From the IMG/VR virus record IMGVR_UViG_3300034198_023063, positions 16,758 to 80,757 of that record: 64,000 nt of DNA, one strand, 5' to 3'. The notes under the pieces are model-generated. The model did no database searches, was not told the DNA's origin, and saw only the letters and a program-made list of their open reading frames with translations. This document shows positions 56,596 through 64,000 of the stretch, one piece after another; position 1 is the first letter of the stretch, and each line of letters starts with the position of its first letter. Origin of the DNA: a virus. Made by a program: the position numbers and the translations under genes.

Positions 56596-57210
56596 GTGGC
56601 AGGAATAGAAGATAAACCTCTTTGTTTATGCTTGAATAAAAGATGGCAGCGGATTGGTATAAAATCCGTCAGGCAAGCTTTTAATGAATTGGTTAGCCCA
56701 TTTTGTTCTGCTTTAAATATTGTTTATAGGCAAAATGAAGATGGTTCATTTGATTTCAATGATGTATTAGACATTCAAGCCCTTAAATGGGAAGATTGGA
56801 TTAAACTTCCAATTCGCTCTTGTGATTTTGAGATCAGAACCAGCAAATTAACAATCAGAGTTCCAACAGTTATCGTTTCTTCCAGATACTCTGAAATGCC
56901 TGAAAAAAGATACAATCCAACCAAACATAATATTTGGATTAGAGATAATGGAACTTGTCAGTATTCTGGTAAAAAACTACAGAAAGAAGAAGCCAACATT
57001 GACCACCCAATGCCAAAATCGAGAGGAGGCCCAAATACTTGGGAAAACATGGTGCTTTGCCATAAAGATATAAATTCCAAAAAGGGCAGCAAAACCCCAG
57101 AAGAAGCTGGTCTTAAATTAATAAGACAGCCTAAAAAATTGCAACCTACGTTGTTTTGTGACGCTTTAAAGTTTAATAACCATATAGATTGGGCTTTATT
57201 TTCAAAATGA
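56596..57210 (+). CDS. HNH endonuclease (McrA-like)
   Basis: IRDNGTCQYSG...NIDHPMPKSRGG...WENMVLCH..IN..KG.KTPEEAG. Confidence 0.9.
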   Translation: MAGIEDKPLCLCLNKRWQRIGIKSVRQAFNELVSPFCSALNIVYRQNEDGSFDFNDVLDIQALKWEDWIKLPIRSCDFEIRTSKLTIRVPTVIVSSRYSEMPEKRYNPTKHNIWIRDNGTCQYSGKKLQKEEANIDHPMPKSRGGPNTWENMVLCHKDINSKKGSKTPEEAGLKLIRQPKKLQPTLFCDALKFNNHIDWALFSK

Positions 57211-57878
57211 AAAAAATAATAGGAATATCAGGGTTAGCTGGCGACGGCAAGGATACTGTTTGTGAAATGTTTTCAGCATTTTTTAAAATTGCTGGATTTG
57301 AATTTCAAAGAATATCCTTAGCAGATAAACTTAAGGAAAAGTGCGCTCCAGCAATGAAGGAGATGTTCAAGATCGATCCTACTAACTGCCCCAGAGAAGA
57401 CAAGGATAAGATAAGAGACTACCTTGTATTTTACGCTAAGGTAGCGAGAATAGAGTCTAAAGGAAAGTTTTGGACATCTATTGTTGACGAAATCATAAAA
57501 AAAGACAATATTAAACCCAAAACCAATAAAATATATTGCATTCCAGATATTCGTCATGCTTATTATCCAGAAGACGAGGCTCAATGGGTCAAAAAAAACG
57601 ATGGTATCTTAGTTCATGTTAAAAAATACACCATAGAAAGCCCATCTCCCTTTAGAATCAAGTATTCACAACCCATAAATCAAGAAGAAGCATTCAATAC
57701 GCCAATAGTTGAAAAACTTGCTGATTTCGTCTTGGAATTAAGCGATTGCTCCCCACTTAAACCATCTCAAAATATTACCAGCATTCAAGCAGTGTCAGAG
57801 ACATTTCGCATGATCATCGACTCAATTGAAGCGTCAAAAAGTCACTCTAAGTCGCTAAAATCAGGAAAAAACGCCTAA
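57207..57878 (+). CDS. deoxynucleoside monophosphate kinase
   Basis: IIGISGLAGDGKDT, SLADKLK, IPDIRH...E; start ATG 57207. Confidence 0.8.
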   Translation: MKKIIGISGLAGDGKDTVCEMFSAFFKIAGFEFQRISLADKLKEKCAPAMKEMFKIDPTNCPREDKDKIRDYLVFYAKVARIESKGKFWTSIVDEIIKKDNIKPKTNKIYCIPDIRHAYYPEDEAQWVKKNDGILVHVKKYTIESPSPFRIKYSQPINQEEAFNTPIVEKLADFVLELSDCSPLKPSQNITSIQAVSETFRMIIDSIEASKSHSKSLKSGKNA

Positions 57879-57884
57879 AACAAG

Positions 57885-57901
57885 CTGGCATATCAAATGC
57901 T
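57885..57901 (+). promoter_or_regulatory. sigma54 (-24/-12) promoter CTGGCATATCAAATGCT
   Basis: GG-N10-GC spacing with TGGCA and TGCT; predicted +1 ~57912, ATG at 57916. Confidence 0.65.
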
Positions 57902-57915
57902 AAAAAAAATTGTCT

Positions 57916-58251
57916 ATGAATACATTACATAAATCAACTGAAGAAGCAATAAAGAAAATCAACAGTTATGCAACCCTGTCTTTGTGGGAAGAGACTGAGT
58001 CAAGTTATGATTTTGAACTTGATGTTCCGGGTTTTTCTAAGCCTGAAATAGCCGTCTCTACTAAGGGAACCATGCTGAGTGTTTCTATCACGCCAAACGA
58101 GAAGAATAAAAGAGAAGCTTTCAGCGCAGAATATCGTCTTCCGCAAATCGCCAATTTAGGAGAAACACAGGCTACCCTAGAGAACGGAGTCTTGTTCGTT
58201 AGCGTCCCTAAAAAAGAGCAGGAAAAAGCCAAGCCTATTTGCATAAAATAA
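57916..58251 (+). CDS. small heat-shock protein (Hsp20)
   Basis: ELDVPGFSKPEI...F...YRLP...ATLENGVL.V.VPK. Confidence 0.9.
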   Translation: MNTLHKSTEEAIKKINSYATLSLWEETESSYDFELDVPGFSKPEIAVSTKGTMLSVSITPNEKNKREAFSAEYRLPQIANLGETQATLENGVLFVSVPKKEQEKAKPICIK

Positions 58252-58252
58252 C

Positions 58253-58281
58253 TTGACTTTATTATAGAAAAGATTCATAAT
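58253..58281 (+). promoter_or_regulatory. promoter TTGACT-N17-CATAAT
   Basis: ATG 58290 follows after 8 nt. Confidence 0.75.
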
Positions 58282-58289
58282 TCATTGAT

Positions 58290-58478
58290 ATGAATAAGTA
58301 CACTATTACAGTAACGGAATCAGATAGCGGCAGACTTGCTATTATCAGCGTGTCTCAGCTAACCAAGGTTAATCAGCACAAGACCATTTCTAAGCCGTTG
58401 GCTAGAAACGCTTTTGGCTTTGCTGACGCCTCAGACCCGCAAACGCTCACCAAGCGAGCGGCAAGGAAGTCGCGCTGA
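58290..58478 (+). CDS. small basic hypothetical protein
   Basis: 62 aa, bounded by its own promoter and terminator. Confidence 0.7.
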   Translation: MNKYTITVTESDSGRLAIISVSQLTKVNQHKTISKPLARNAFGFADASDPQTLTKRAARKSR

Positions 58479-58484
58479 ATCCAA

Positions 58485-58509
58485 GGGGGCGAAAGCCCCC
58501 GTTTTTTTT
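58485..58509 (+). terminator. rho-independent terminator
   Basis: GGGGGC-GAAA-GCCCCC followed by GTTTTTTTT. Confidence 0.9.
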
Positions 58510-58511
58510 AC

Positions 58512-58727
58512 ATGGATAAAATTGACATCATTTTGAAAACTTGCGACTTTTATAAAAAAGAATGCAAGAAAGTATTAGCCGAAAGCATAAAATGCAAAAC
58601 TGTAAAAGAAAAGAAAGACAACCTAGTAAAATTAAAAACCCTAAAAGCTAAAATAATATTTGAAATTGAGCAAATAAACAAAATAATAAAAGAATCACAA
58701 GACGGGGATGAGTGGAAAGATGGCTGA
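58512..58727 (+). CDS. hypothetical coiled-coil protein
   Basis: 71-aa Lys-rich ORF; its last codons lie inside the tRNA. Confidence 0.55.
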   Translation: MDKIDIILKTCDFYKKECKKVLAESIKCKTVKEKKDNLVKLKTLKAKIIFEIEQINKIIKESQDGDEWKDG

Positions 58728-58803
58728 GTGGCCTAAAGCGCGGGTTTGCTAAACCCGTGAACTTTAATCGGTTCCGAGGGTTCGAATCCCTCTCTTTCCG
58801 CCA
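58714..58803 (+). tRNA. tRNA-Ser(GCT)
   Basis: Acceptor stem GGAAAGA/TCTTTCC, G discriminator, encoded CCA; anticodon arm CGGGT-TTGCTAA-ACCCG; long variable arm; T arm GAGGG-TTCGAAT-CCCTC. Confidence 0.95.
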
Positions 58804-59325
58804 TTAAAACGCTGTATATCCGTAAGTTCTTCCAGACCTTAAATAAGGATAAAACTCTGGGAAAGAGCCAGCCACAATATCGTCTCCAACAACTTGTTTT
58901 GGGTCCAACCTTCTAGCTCTGTAAGCACCAATCAAAAACTTAAGCTCTTCTTCCTCTTGTTTTTTCTCTGCTGAAACTGTTCTTATTAATTGTCCTCTGT
59001 CTACTTTTCTTACTTTGAATTCTCCCTCTTGAACTTCCACTACAGGGTCTGAATCTGTAACCGATAATTTAGATCTTATAACCACAGAGTATCTATAAAC
59101 CATGTATAATTTTTTTAAAATTGCCACTGCATTTATATCTATTTCAGCGCTATTATTGTCTGCGTCTGTTATTTCGTAATCGCTAGAAATGACAAAATTA
59201 GAATACAACAAACTATTTAAATATCCAACGTTTGCCCTAACCCAATAAGAGATAGCGGCTATACTTAAATCGGATGGTTCCCCTAAATCAAAATAAATTT
59301 CTTGAGCTATATCAACTACTTTCAT
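58804..59325 (-). CDS. hypothetical protein, possible head-tail/neck protein
   Basis: 173-aa ORF in a two-gene unit downstream of a GTGTAAT motif; function inferred. Confidence 0.55.
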   Translation of the reverse strand: MKVVDIAQEIYFDLGEPSDLSIAAISYWVRANVGYLNSLLYSNFVISSDYEITDADNNSAEIDINAVAILKKLYMVYRYSVVIRSKLSVTDSDPVVEVQEGEFKVRKVDRGQLIRTVSAEKKQEEEELKFLIGAYRARRLDPKQVVGDDIVAGSFPEFYPYLRSGRTYGYTAF

Positions 59326-59326
59326 A

Positions 59327-59668
59327 TTAGTATGTTATTTCTGGGTTTATTGTGAATTTTCCATAATCTATAACTTTAGAATAGTTAACCCCAGAATATA
59401 TTTCTATGCTATATAAAGCTTTTGTAACTGGGGTTCCAGTTGTTTCGTTTCTTCCCAATTCTACTTCTACCAATCCGCTAACATAAGAAGACCCTAGATT
59501 TCCAGATACTATTGTTGGATTTAAATTAATTAATATTCCAGAACTTCCATAACTATACCTTACAAACCCAGAAATAGTGTACCCACTCAAATTAAGAGCC
59601 GATCCATTCTCATCTACTCCTGTAAGCCGTTTGTAAAAGTAATTGCCTTTTGTTATGGCTAAATCCAT
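59327..59668 (-). CDS. putative virion Ig-like (BppU-N type) protein
   Basis: 'L.I..G..F...D..G..LNLSGYT...G.V...L...ET......Y.IEI' pattern; start likely ATG 59668. Confidence 0.6.
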   Translation of the reverse strand: MDLAITKGNYFYKRLTGVDENGSALNLSGYTISGFVRYSYGSSGILINLNPTIVSGNLGSSYVSGLVEVELGRNETTGTPVTKALYSIEIYSGVNYSKVIDYGKFTINPEITY

Positions 59669-59675
59669 AATATAC

Positions 59676-59682
59676 ATTACAC
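59676..59682 (-). promoter_or_regulatory. GTGTAAT motif (candidate late promoter)
   Basis: 7 nt before ATG 59668. Confidence 0.45.
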
Positions 59683-59745
59683 CTTAAAACAAAAACTTAA
59701 TTAATTTATAAAAAAGCAAGCCTCAAAAAATAGCAGATTTTCGGC

Positions 59746-59773
59746 TTGACAAAATTTATAAACTGACCACCAT
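59746..59773 (+). promoter_or_regulatory. leaderless promoter TTGACA-N16-CACCAT
   Basis: GTG 59781 follows after 7 nt. Confidence 0.6.
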
Positions 59774-59780
59774 TGTATCG

Positions 59781-60164
59781 GTGAAGCAGAAATTGGCAAA
59801 AAGAGCCATTCAAATTGCTCAAAATTTATGTCCCATCAATCGCGAGATGCGGGCTAGTCATGTTGCGTTTTTAATCAAATCGAGTAAAATTGAAAAAATA
59901 GGAGTAAATAAAAGAAGAACTCACCCAGAAATATCCAATCACCCTTATCACGAAGGACACGTTGGTATTCACGCGGAGTTGGATTGCATTTTAAAAGTTG
60001 ACAAAGAAGATCTTTCTAGCTATAAAATGTTAGTTCTGAGAGTGGATAAAAAAGGGAAACTTTCCATGAGCAAGCCCTGTCCCGGCTGCCAAAGCCTTTT
60101 GAAACAATTTAATGTGTCAGAAACTTGGTACAGCAATAAAAATGGAGAAATAGAAAAATTATGA
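59781..60164 (+). CDS. zinc-dependent cytidine/dCMP deaminase-family protein
   Basis: HAE and SKPCPGC motifs. Confidence 0.88.
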   Translation: MKQKLAKRAIQIAQNLCPINREMRASHVAFLIKSSKIEKIGVNKRRTHPEISNHPYHEGHVGIHAELDCILKVDKEDLSSYKMLVLRVDKKGKLSMSKPCPGCQSLLKQFNVSETWYSNKNGEIEKL

Positions 60165-60910
60165 AAATTTCCAGCAACAACAAAAAAATCCTTATCTTTT
60201 CTGATCCGCATCAAGAATTAGATAAGGTAAAGAAAATAATACAAGCTGAAAAAGCCGACATAAATGTTTGCTTAGGCGATTGGTTTGATAGTCATTTTCG
60301 CGACGACGATAAGGATTGTCAAAATGCAGCAGCTTATTTAAAAGAAGAGTTTTTGCCGAGCAATAATAATATCACTCTTTTTGGTAATCATGACATTCAT
60401 TATCTATTCAACAATAGATATACGATTTGTAGCGGTTATGAAGACAGAAAAGCAAATATTATTGACAAAACGATAGGAAAAAACAAAGAAGAATTCGTTA
60501 GAAAATTTTCTTGGTTTTTCTATATCGATGAATTTCTTTGCACTCATGCTGGTTTACATAAAATGTTTATTAAGCCTTTCGTTTATAGCCAAGAAGATTT
60601 GTATGATTATTTAACAATCCAAACAAATGAGGCAAATATAAATATAAGGACAAATCAAAATCACTGGATTTATGCCGCAGGTAGGGCTAGAGGTGGAAGT
60701 CAAACCAAAGGCGGTCTTGTGTGGTTAGATTTTGATTCTGAATTTAGCCCCATAGAAGATATAAACCAAATAGTCGGCCACACGCACCGCAAGCAAGGCA
60801 GGATTAAATCCTACGCTGGAACAGAAAACTACTGCATAGACACTAACCTTAATCAATGGATTACAATATCTAATGGTAAAATGGAAACCAAAAACTACTC
60901 TGATTTATGA
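60161..60910 (+). CDS. calcineurin-like metallophosphoesterase
   Basis: SDPH, LGDWFD, GNHD, THAG, VGHTH. Confidence 0.9.
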   Translation: MKISSNNKKILIFSDPHQELDKVKKIIQAEKADINVCLGDWFDSHFRDDDKDCQNAAAYLKEEFLPSNNNITLFGNHDIHYLFNNRYTICSGYEDRKANIIDKTIGKNKEEFVRKFSWFFYIDEFLCTHAGLHKMFIKPFVYSQEDLYDYLTIQTNEANINIRTNQNHWIYAAGRARGGSQTKGGLVWLDFDSEFSPIEDINQIVGHTHRKQGRIKSYAGTENYCIDTNLNQWITISNGKMETKNYSDL

Positions 60911-61551
60911 GCTATCAACTATATTTTGATTTTAGAACTCCAGAGCAGAAAGCTGCTCATGACGCGTCCGTGAAAGAAATAAATACAGAGCTAGACGATA
61001 TCTTTGATGAAGAAGAGCGTTTAGATAAATTCTTAGATCTTATCCCTTTTGGCGTCGGGCATAAGGTTCGTGAATTTTATTATTCTTGCAGATGGAATAT
61101 TAAATGCACTTATCAAAAAATTCGCTATGGAGTTTCTGACGACGATATTTTTTCATTATATGATAATATATCTAAATTTCTTATTCCAAGATTGCAGTAC
61201 TTTAAAAAGCATGGTAAAAAAGGAATTCCAGTAGAATTTGTTCCCCATGATTACCATCTTCTTTCCGAAAGCGAAATGAAGATCGCAGATGAAAAAGCCG
61301 ACAGAGAATGGGGTTCTATTCTTGATGAAATTATTTTTGCTTTTGATTATACTATCGACAGTGATAAATACGCTCCATTTCCTGAAATCTTGATGAAAGA
61401 TCCTTTTGATAAAATTAATTTCAATCGAGATAGAACTCCAGAAGAAAAAGAAGCTTGGAACAATTATATAGCTCTTTGTAATCAACTTAATGAGCGCAAG
61501 AAAAAGGGCTTAGAACTTTTCGCAAAACATTTTGATAATTTATGGGTTTAA
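60907..61551 (+). CDS. conserved hypothetical phage protein
   Basis: 'W..ILDEIIFAF...KGLELFAKHF..LW' pattern recalled from large phages. Confidence 0.65.
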   Translation: MSYQLYFDFRTPEQKAAHDASVKEINTELDDIFDEEERLDKFLDLIPFGVGHKVREFYYSCRWNIKCTYQKIRYGVSDDDIFSLYDNISKFLIPRLQYFKKHGKKGIPVEFVPHDYHLLSESEMKIADEKADREWGSILDEIIFAFDYTIDSDKYAPFPEILMKDPFDKINFNRDRTPEEKEAWNNYIALCNQLNERKKKGLELFAKHFDNLWV

Positions 61552-61567
61552 TAATATTATAAAAAAA

Positions 61568-62224
61568 ATGAACTTCACACTAGAATCAATAGATCCAGAA
61601 TTGGATAAATTAATAAACAAGTATGGATCTGATAAAAATCTTAGCAAGTATAATTTAGTTTATTCTAAGCTTTTTAAAGATATTAAATTAGATGTGACTT
61701 CAGTTTTAGAAATCGGAGTTGGCAGTTTAACTTCCGAAAGCTCAAGTTTTGCTGGCATCAAAAGATTTTTTCCAAACTATTCTCCCGGTGCGTCTTTAAG
61801 GGTTTGGCGTGATTATTTCCCCAACGCTTTCATTCATGGCGTTGATATAGGAGAAGACTGCTTAATAGAAGAGGACAGGATAAAAACTTTTATTTTTTCT
61901 TCTACTCGCCACGACAAGTGTTTGGAGCATTTATTTGAATATAAATATGATATTATAATAGATGACGGAGATCATCAAGGATTGAGCCAACTTTTAACTT
62001 TTAAAAATCTAATTCCTTTGTTAAAGGAAAACGGATATTATTTTATAGAAGATGTTGGCGGTTGCGGTGGCTATTTAGCGACAGACGGAACCTCTTATAA
62101 TCCTCAGCTATTTGGTGAATATAAAGATGAATTTTATAAAACTGTAGAAAGATATGAGCAAAAAGCTTATGTAAATACAAGACCAATTATAATAACAAAA
62201 AATCCAATGACTTTTGGTTTATAG
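61568..62224 (+). CDS. SAM-dependent O-methyltransferase (MycE/TylE-like), paralog 1
   Basis: YGSDK, VLEIGVG, GASLRVWRDYFPNA, IIIDDGDH, YFIED. Confidence 0.8.
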   Translation: MNFTLESIDPELDKLINKYGSDKNLSKYNLVYSKLFKDIKLDVTSVLEIGVGSLTSESSSFAGIKRFFPNYSPGASLRVWRDYFPNAFIHGVDIGEDCLIEEDRIKTFIFSSTRHDKCLEHLFEYKYDIIIDDGDHQGLSQLLTFKNLIPLLKENGYYFIEDVGGCGGYLATDGTSYNPQLFGEYKDEFYKTVERYEQKAYVNTRPIIITKNPMTFGL

Positions 62225-62237
62225 TTTTATTTCTAAA

Positions 62238-62462
62238 ATGAAATTTACATTAGAACAACGCAAATTTATTAAAGAAACCAAAGAAAAAGTAAAGGAGCTG
62301 GAAATCCAACAGCAAAATTTATATAATAATATGCTTAAAGAATTAGACGTGGACCCACAAGTCGAAGACTGGATGTTTGATTATATTTATAATTCTTTTG
62401 GCTCAATAAAAAATATTGAAACTCTAATCACAAAATCAAAATGCAAGATGACAGACCAATAA
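62238..62462 (+). CDS. hypothetical protein
   Basis: ORF from ATG 62238; WMFDYIYN. Confidence 0.6.
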   Translation: MKFTLEQRKFIKETKEKVKELEIQQQNLYNNMLKELDVDPQVEDWMFDYIYNSFGSIKNIETLITKSKCKMTDQ

Positions 62463-62464
62463 AT

Positions 62465-62644
62465 ATGATAAAGATTTCTCCAAAAGAAGAAAAAAATTAT
62501 AAATTAGTCAAAGAAGGCCAAGATTTCGAAATTGGAGATTTAATTCATCTTGTTGATGATGAGTATGTTAAATTGAATAATGATAATCAACTTTTAAAAA
62601 CAAAAATAACTAGGTACAGCAAAGTATTAAGAAAGGTAAAATGA
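62465..62644 (+). CDS. hypothetical protein
   Basis: ORF from ATG 62465; YKLVKEG...IGD. Confidence 0.55.
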   Translation: MIKISPKEEKNYKLVKEGQDFEIGDLIHLVDDEYVKLNNDNQLLKTKITRYSKVLRKVK

Positions 62645-62997
62645 GAATTGAAAGACTACATATTGTTCCCAAGGGCTGGGGATTCGAAAAATGGATTGTA
62701 AATAATGATAAATACTGTGGCAAAATTCTTTACATGGTTAAAGACCGCAGATGTAGTTGGCATTATCATAAGATAAAAGACGAGACTTTTTATGTCCAGA
62801 GCGGAGAATTAATTTTATATTATGGATGGAGTGATGAAATCGCTCTAGCTAGCTCTACAATATTAAAGCCGGGGGATCATTTTCATATTCCAGTAGGATT
62901 AAAGCATCAAATGGTAGCTTCGCAAGACACTGAACTATTTGAATTCAGCACCCAGCACCTTGACGAAGACTCTTATAGGATAGAAAAAGGAGATTGA
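62641..62997 (+). CDS. cupin (mannose-6-phosphate isomerase-like)
   Basis: VPKGWGFEKWI...SWHYH..KDETFYV..G...PGD.FHIP.G..H. Confidence 0.85.
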   Translation: MRIERLHIVPKGWGFEKWIVNNDKYCGKILYMVKDRRCSWHYHKIKDETFYVQSGELILYYGWSDEIALASSTILKPGDHFHIPVGLKHQMVASQDTELFEFSTQHLDEDSYRIEKGD

Positions 62998-63000
62998 TTT

Positions 63001-63648
63001 ATGTATAGAAAATTTCAATCTAAAGACCCACTGCTCGATAGTTTAATAGAAAAATACGGGTCAGACAAAAATTTAAGTGAATATAATTTAATATATGCTG
63101 AAATATTTCAAAAAATAAGATTCGATGTAAAATCAGTTTTGGAAATTGGTATCGGCAGTATGATTTCGCCGCACTCTAGATTCGATGGAATAAAAACTCA
63201 CTACCCACACTATTCTCCCGGCGGTTCTTTAAGGGTTTGGAGAGATTATTTCCCAAACGCTTTTGTTCATGGAGTAGATATTGGAGAAGATTGCCTTATA
63301 GAAGAAGAGAGAATAAAAACATTTATTTTTTCTTCAACCTTACATTATAAATGCTTAGAAAATTTATTTAATTATAAGTACGATATAATAATCGATGATG
63401 GCGACCATCTTGGTTTAAGCCAACTTCTTACATTCAAAAATCTAGCTCCTCTTTTGAAAGAAAATGGTTATTATATTATTGAAGATGTTGGAGGCGGAGG
63501 TGGGTATCCAGTTACTGACGGCAGTCATTATAATCCTAATTTGCTAATAGAATTCAAAGATGAATTTTACAAAACAGCAGAGAAACATCAATTAACAGTC
63601 TACGCAAACAAAAGACCTCTAGTATTATCTAGAAACCATGTCGAATAA
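63001..63648 (+). CDS. SAM-dependent O-methyltransferase (MycE/TylE-like), paralog 2
   Basis: Same motifs as 61568-62224, with long identical stretches. Confidence 0.8.
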   Translation: MYRKFQSKDPLLDSLIEKYGSDKNLSEYNLIYAEIFQKIRFDVKSVLEIGIGSMISPHSRFDGIKTHYPHYSPGGSLRVWRDYFPNAFVHGVDIGEDCLIEEERIKTFIFSSTLHYKCLENLFNYKYDIIIDDGDHLGLSQLLTFKNLAPLLKENGYYIIEDVGGGGGYPVTDGSHYNPNLLIEFKDEFYKTAEKHQLTVYANKRPLVLSRNHVE

Positions 63649-63662
63649 ATCAAATTGAAAAA

Positions 63663-63848
63663 ATGGATTCCGTTGTAAAAATATCCACTCCTTGCATAAG
63701 ATATTGCAAGTTGAAGGATGGTTTTTGCGAAGGATGCGGGAGAAGCTGGGAACAAATTAGAGATTGGACTTCTTACTCTGAAAATACAAGGTTAGAGGTC
63801 ATGAAAAGCTTAATCCCAAGATCTAAAATAAAAAGTAAATTTGACTAA
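63663..63848 (+). CDS. DUF1289 family small Cys-rich protein
   Basis: STPCIRYC....CEGCGRS..QI.DW. Confidence 0.8.
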   Translation: MDSVVKISTPCIRYCKLKDGFCEGCGRSWEQIRDWTSYSENTRLEVMKSLIPRSKIKSKFD

Positions 63849-63871
63849 TATTTTGTGTAAGTAAGGTTGTT

Positions 63872-64000
63872 ATGTCCAGCTTTACTCAAGATTATCCAGA
63901 GCATATTGGGTGTCATACAATTTATGATCCTCTAATAGATAAATATAGACCTATTTCTAGTGCTGATTTTTCTAACGGAAGCATAGCTGGGATTGATAAA
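63872..64000 (+). CDS. 5' end of a gene truncated by the window edge (MSSFTQDYPEH...)
   Basis: ATG 63872, open to the window end; preceded by GTGTAAG at 63855. Confidence 0.65.
   Translation, partial: MSSFTQDYPEHIGCHTIYDPLIDKYRPISSADFSNGSIAGIDK

Noticed and set aside
487-61485. Many short ORFs antisense or out of frame within long genes (e.g. 487-696, 22702-23151, 28543-28866, 50549-50881, 61156-61485)
   Set aside because: They lie within well-supported genes and have no motifs or expression signals.
1-64000. Stop-codon reassignment
   Set aside because: Genes pack tightly under code 11; TAA, TAG and TGA all end genes at sensible positions; no suppressor tRNA in the window.

Overview
This window is a segment of a large, AT-rich, tailed-bacteriophage genome using the standard genetic code, with three blocks. 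(1) 1-20611 (+): very large putative virion (tail/baseplate/fibre) proteins, up to 3265 aa, one with a mucin-like Thr/Pro/Ser repeat. (2) 20612-54722 (-): a replication/recombination module (DnaE split into three genes as PHP, 3'-5' exonuclease and polymerase core; DnaB; DnaG; RecA; Cas4/AddB-like nuclease; Whirly-like SSB; Rad52-like annealase), a ~15 kb nucleotide-sugar/glycosyltransferase cluster, class II RNR (NrdJ) and a sigma70-family factor. (3) 54799-64000 (mostly +): small accessory genes (dUTPase, HNH, dNMP kinase, Hsp20, tRNA-Ser, deaminase, phosphoesterase, duplicated O-methyltransferases). The most notable unexplained element is a ~435-nt promoter-driven, highly structured non-coding RNA/leader directly upstream of the sigma factor gene. 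It carries GNRA hairpins, a duplicated 15-nt motif and an SD-sequestering hairpin with a competing pairing. Three promoter classes are visible: leaderless TTGAC(T/A)-N16/17-CANNNT, a GTGTAA candidate late motif, and a sigma54 -24/-12 element before Hsp20. Protein calls come from recognising motifs by eye; no searches or folding programs were run.
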